Shown: positions 58,200-64,000 of the stretch, piece by piece
How the letters are laid out: each line of letters begins with the position of its first letter
Position numbering within the stretch: the first letter of the stretch is position 1
Assembly (NCBI GenBank): GCA_964016885.1
Contig: OZ024743.1
Coordinates: forward strand, 350,300,001-350,364,000
Length of the DNA stretch: 64,000 nt
Reading direction: 5' to 3'
Source of the DNA: Eledone cirrhosa
Lineage: Eukaryota
Translations under genes and position numbers: made by a program
The notes under the pieces: generated by a model
Databases searched by the model: none
Seen by the model: only the letters and a program-made list of their open reading frames with translations
What the model was told of the DNA's origin: nothing

Positions 58200-58744
58200 G
58201 CTATTGTCACGTGTAGAAAGGATTCGGTTATCGACCGAATCCATAGTGAAGTTCATTCAACCCGCCGCTTCTTTTTCCCAAAAAGGGCAGTCAATTTTCC
58301 TCTCCCTGGTGGCGGTAGCGAAGGAAGTTGTGTGGTAGATCAGGTTGAAAGGACTGAAGATAGACACTTTTCTCTTCGGCCAATCCCTCATCAACGTTTT
58401 CAAGTTTCACTTAGAAAGGAAGGTGAGGGTGGAGAGAGAAGTTCTTCCCCCAGTCCATTTGCTGAAAGGTGGGTGAATGTGGCGAGAATGGCCCGTGTAG
58501 GGTGCTCTCGAAGCGTCGGGTAGTTCAGGATTGGTGGGATACCTGAGCGAACCCTGGGTGGTCATGCCCTCTACTGGGAATGTTTTTTTTGTTGTAATTT
58601 TATTGTTACTTTATTGTTAATTTGTTATTGTTATTCATATTGTTTACTCGGTTTTTCTGTAAAACCCACTGTCCCAGTCTTTTGTATTGTCCCCTATATG
58701 TCGGCCCTTGTGGCCAATAAATGAAATCACTATTATTATTATTA
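58200..58744 (+). mobile_element. 3' fragment of Tx1 subfamily A/D
   Basis: Matches the reverse complement of ~9812-10390; AATAAA and (ATT)n tail. Confidence 0.85.
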
Positions 58745-59159
58745 AGGGTGGGGGATTGGCAGTATCGGTAGAGGTTCGGACGCCATGCTTTGCAGCATAG
58801 AGTTACGGCCCTTTGTGATCTGAGTTCAAATCCCGCCGAGGTTAACTTTGCCTTTCATCCTTACGCGGTCGATAAAATAAAGTACCAGTCACGCACTGGG
58901 GTCGATTTAATCGACTTTCCCATCCCCCCAAATGCAGGCCTTGTGCCTATATAAGAAACCATTATTATTATTTTGGCAGTATCGGTAGAGGGTCAGACAT
59001 GCTTTCCAGCAGAGTTACGTCCCTTTACGATCTGAGTTCAAATCCCGCTGAGGTTAACTTTGCCTTTCATCCTTACGAGGTCGATAAAATAAAATACCAG
59101 TAATGTACTGGGTTATTGCTGGCCTTGTGCCAAAAGTAGAAACAATTATTATTATTATT
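58745..59159 (+). mobile_element. Two tandem tRNA-derived SINEs
   Basis: Two consensus copies, each ending in (ATT)n. Confidence 0.9.
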
Positions 59160-62100
59160 GGTCTAATCGGACGTATTTTGCTCGCTCCCAGTAAGTCGCT
59201 TTATTTGCCTGTTAAAATTATTTGTTGTTAAATATTTCTTGTTGTGTAAGGGATATAATCACTTAGACTTTGCCCTGTGAAGGGGAAAGTATAATATTTG
59301 GTCCATTTGGCCCAAATATTTGAACTTTTTTTACATGTTAAAAAATCTACGGAGAAAAAAAAAGACATGGCTGAGCCACGCCCCCCAGCGATATGTCGGC
59401 TGTCGTGCGACAACGACGTAGAAGTTGAGAGGAGCGCTACAGCGAAATTAACACAAATTGATAACACAAACACCACCACAAACAATGTAAACACAGACAC
59501 CAATGATAACACTGAGAACTCTAATTTTGAAAAAAATGACAGTAACAGCGACAACGAAAATACAGAGAACAGAAAAAAAAGGACAAATGCAACAATATCA
59601 ACACCACTAACATGCAAACAAATAGCGACAACACCAACAGCCACAATACCAACTGCACCGAGAACAACGGCGGCACCAAAGACAACAATGATAACAGCGA
59701 CAGTGATAACAACAACACCAACAAGAACAACGACAACAACAACAACACCCCCAACGACAACAAGAAGAGCACTTTCGCTGCGGCAGCAGCAAAAAATAGG
59801 CCATGCTTCAACATGGACCTCTCAAACAAAGATGAAAAGTTGGCCCAGGCATGGAAGCTCATCAAGCAAGAGCAAACCTGGGCCATCTCCCAGTAGAAGC
59901 TATTGAGGCAGTGGAGCGCAGAACGGTGCATTATAGATGCATCTCAGCACAAACCAAAAGGGCAGTTTTAATCCCACAAGCAGATGTCGAAGTCGCACTG
60001 AGGTGCATCAGAGAAGACACCGAATACATAGCGAGGGTCAGACAGTGCGGCACCATTTCGGTGTTGTTCAAGTCAGAAGCCCTCGCTATTAAACACGCTA
60101 TGACTCCTTGCAAAACCAGCAAGGTCATAATGTACCCCTCCCACATGGGAAAAAGAACGGCTCGTCTCCGCATTCCCAGAATCACACCAGGACTTGACAT
60201 CTGGTGGCTTCTGGGATGTGTGATTGTGGAGGGGACGGATACCGTCCCTATAGAAGTGACCAGAACGGCTAGAGAGGACTGGTCCGGGGTTGACCTGGAG
60301 ATCCTTCTCCAGATCAGGCCCGGGAATGTGAAGACAATCCCGGACCTCATCCGCCTTCAGAATGGGACGGTCATTCACATTATGACCGAAGGCAAAGTGC
60401 CGCATTGTTTTGTTTGTGGGGAAAAACCCATTTGCGAGCCTTCTGCCCTCAACTGCTGAAACAGGCAAGGGGTCGAAAGGCTCCACAGCTGCCGACGCCG
60501 GGGAGAGGACCACAACCAACACCAGCACCGGAAAAACCACCAACAACACCAATAGAAAGACCAGCACCAATATTGACCACCCATGGGGGAAACGAAGAAA
60601 GCTGTCAAATCCCCCCCCCCCCAAATACACACACCAATAAAACCATAAACATACACACAGACACACTTACAGACACAGACCCCTCATCTACCAGTAGTGA
60701 AGATGAGGGAAAACCCAAATCCCTCAAAATACAAAAAAGGAAACACAAAAAGAAAAAAAAAAATCAACAAAGCACAAAATCACCCACAATAAAAAAACGC
60801 AGACACCACCCACGCAAACATCTCTCCAATAACACCAACATCAACACCACCATCACCATCACCAGAATCCCCCAAACGCAAAAAACCTAAGCAGACGCAA
60901 GAACAAATGTACACACAAACATCTGAAACCACAGACACCGCACTCACAACAAACACAGACACAACCGAAACAACACCACCAAAACCATCACCACCACAGC
61001 CACGCAAACAGATAAAATCACACCAACAAAACATACAAAACTTCGTACTCGTCAGGAGGGCGAACAAGGAACTGATGGCCCTCGTAGCACGAAGTAAAAA
61101 TATACAAAAAGAGGGGGACATTTTTGGATTACATTTCGCGTGCCGAAAGATTTGGTTCTGGTGCGAATGTCGCTCGAATTATACAAAGAAATACGAGACA
61201 GCTATCCTCGGGACGTGGGAACCCCGAACGTAAAACCCACTTCAAGACTTTTAAAGGGGTTCCCAAAAGAAACCTCACCAACCATGGAGGTTGAACAATC
61301 CGACCTTCACAAGAGCCCGGAAGGTAAGTAGACCTTTCCTCTCTCTCTTTTTAACCTGCCAAAATGGCCGTATTAAGAGTAGGATGTTGAAATGTTGGAG
61401 GCCTGGGATCGTCCTGGAAGCAGGGTCACCTGCACAACGACCTCAGGTCTCTAGAAATGGATGTAATTGCCTTCAGCGAGACCAGGATTTCCGACACGCG
61501 CGTACTAGGCCCCATTTTCGAGGACTATCAAATCTTTGCATCTGTTAGCCGGCCGGGAATGGGAGGCGGGGTGGCGGTGTTGTTTAGGAAAGGCCTGGAT
61601 CTCGAGGTACGGTCGATCTTCCGGGACCCGGACGGGAAGTTGGTGGTCCTGGACGTGAACAATAACGAAGGTGGTGCCTTTAGACTGGTGGCCATCTATG
61701 CTCCTACTGGGGCAGGACGGCCGGACTTTTTTAGATGCCTGGAAGCCTTTCTGTGTACGTCTCGCCCTTTACTGTTGGCGGGGGACTGGAACGGCATCTT
61801 AGACGCACGCTGGGACTGTGTGGGAGTATCCGATGGGAGCGGGGGGTACAAAAGCCTCAAGAACCTGATCAGCCAGTTCCAACTGTCTGACAGGTACCGA
61901 CTAGATTTCCCTAATGCGCCAGTGTGGACCTGGGCTAACCGCATAGAGTCATCTAGATCGTATATAGACAGGATATTCATTAGGAAAATAGACAGAAATA
62001 GTGTAAGCTGTCCACGTTTTGAAACGGTCGCCTATTCAGATCACAAGTTTGTGATTTGTATGGTCGACCTAAATAAGACACGTAGGTTAGGACCTGGTTA

Positions 62101-64000
62101 CTGGAAGCTAAACATGTCATTTCCGGCACGTAAGCCTTACAGGAACTAGGTCAATAATTTAGTTAAGAAAACATTTACAGAGGGAGTCGTCAACAATAGA
62201 TGGTGGGGGCTCTCAAAAGAGAGATTAGAGTAATGCCGATAGAGGTAACGTTAGAGAAAAATAGAAAGGAGGGGGAGTTGGTAGATAAGTTAGACGAGGC
62301 TATTGGTAGTGACATTGAAACTGACGTGCTAGCGACAAGAATGGCATTAGACCATTTCTTCAATGCGAAACACGAAGGTTGCATTGTCACAGCTAAGGCG
62401 CGTGCTCTGAAAAACGAGGGAACCAAAGCTGCTCGATGGGCTCGCGTGGCAGAGGCGCAGCGTGTTAATAAAACCACGATTCGGACCAAGACGGACACGA
62501 GCTGAGCGATTCCAAGCGGATATGTGAGGCCTTTCGCCAACATTTTGCTCGGTTGTTCGGGGAAAGTGGCGGGTCACAGATGGTGGCGGACTTCAGTCCC
62601 TACCTCGGTGGCTTGCCGCAACTCTCGACGGCTGACGCTGGGCGCTGCGAAAGGCCAATTACTTCAGCCGATATTCAGGATGCCCTTGTCGGCTGCATGA
62701 GGCGCAAGTCACCCGGTTTGGATGGCCTGCCCTACGAGCTCTACGTAAATATGCCAGACTTTTTCTCCAATCTCCTCGAAGCCCTCTACTGCAGCTGGCA
62801 GCAAAACGGGAGTATTCCCAGTTCTGTGAGCCGGGGCGTAGTGACGCTGATAAGGAAAGACGAGAACAAGAGCGACACATTAGACAATTTCAGGCCCATA
62901 ACTCTGCTAAACACAGATTTTAATATTTTGGCCAGGGTGTTAGCGAAGAGGTTGGCGCTTGTCGTCGGGCATTTCGTTGGGGAGGCGCAAACTGGATCGC
63001 TGCAATGCACAGCGGCACCTGCTCGATGGTCAAAATTAATGGCCACCTCTCGAAACCGTTTCAGGTCACCCGATCGGTCCGTCAAGGGTGCCCTCTCTCC
63101 TGTACGTATTGACTCTCAAGCCTTTACTGCGGAAGCTGGAGCTGTTGCAGGGCATCCCGCTCGAACCGGGACGCGGAAAGGCTGTGTCGGCTTATGCGGA
63201 CGACATCACTGTGATGGTGTCGGACACCTCAGAAATCGAGGTGGTCGGCAACTTATTGGAGGAATATGAAAGGTTAACGGGAGCAAAATTTAACCCGGAA
63301 AAGTCAGTGGGCTTGCAACTCGGCACCTGGAGAGGCAAGCCCATGCCGTCCAACAGCGTCGTTAGGCGCTTGACGGACGGACCGGTAAAGTTGCTAGGGG
63401 TTTGGTTCGGGCCAGACCTCCAGATGGATAAGAATTGGGACGAGGTGACGGGCAGGGTAGCCAGTCTCACCCAGAAATGGGCTAGGATGAAGCTATCACT
63501 GAAAGGTCGGGCGGAGGTGGCGAACGCGTACATCGCGTCCGTCGTCTACTACCGTCTGACAGTCGTCCCTTGCCCCCGTTCGCGCCACGCTATCTTGGAG
63601 CGGATCCTTTTCAAATTCTTGTGGATGGGTCTGGTTCCGCTGGTGAGGCGGTCCATCTACTGCCAGCACCCTATACGTGGAGGGCTGGGCATGCCGTGGC
63701 TAATGATGCGCAAGCACGCGCTGAGGCTGCGACATCTCCAGATATTCTGCCTAAACGGTGAACAGGTGTTGTCGCCGTTTGTCAGAATGGGCTTTTCCGC
63801 AGCTCTTTCTTTGACTGAGCTGCAGTCCTGGGTCAAGAAGTGACCGAGACTGGGTGACTGGCATCTGGAATGTTGCCAGGCACTCACTGCCCTCTACCAA
63901 GCGGACAATGCTGTCAGTGGAACTTCCACTCTCGAGTTCTATAGAGCATTAGTGGTGGGCAAGTGCGACGACGCACTCGGAGAGGCTCTGGGAGTCAACG
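59160..64000 (+). mobile_element. L1/Tx1 LINE (copy D), running off the window
   Basis: ORF1 with CCHC knuckle CFVCGEK-THLRAFC across a frameshift; APE 61457-62149; RT YADD; very similar to copy A. Confidence 0.95.

Overview
AT-rich eukaryotic genomic DNA made almost entirely of repeats. The tRNA-derived SINE family (GAGTTCAAATCCCGCCGAGGTTAACTTTGCCTTTCATCC...GGGGTCGATAAA) and the very dense (TA)n/(CA)n/(TACA)n microsatellites suggest an octopod cephalopod; this is an inference. Retroelements, all decayed: four long L1/Tx1-clade LINE copies from two subfamilies plus fragments, a CRE-like and an R4/Dong-like RLE LINE, RTE remnants, a Naiad-type Penelope-like element (PLE), an internally deleted PLE and many SINEs. 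There are also small DNA-transposon relics. Most ORF-track entries are microsatellite artefacts. The main hidden signal is about a dozen type I hammerhead ribozyme (HHR) motifs, found by eye, in non-coding tandem/inverted modules inside (TA)n tracts. These include a 317-bp retrozyme-like array with a U3-A8 core and a ~650-bp unit arranged as a large palindrome. The Naiad ORF has TGA at the third Cys of its CxCX5C motif. Three phase-compatible candidate host exons lie on the + strand. Nothing was computed or searched, so boundaries are approximate.
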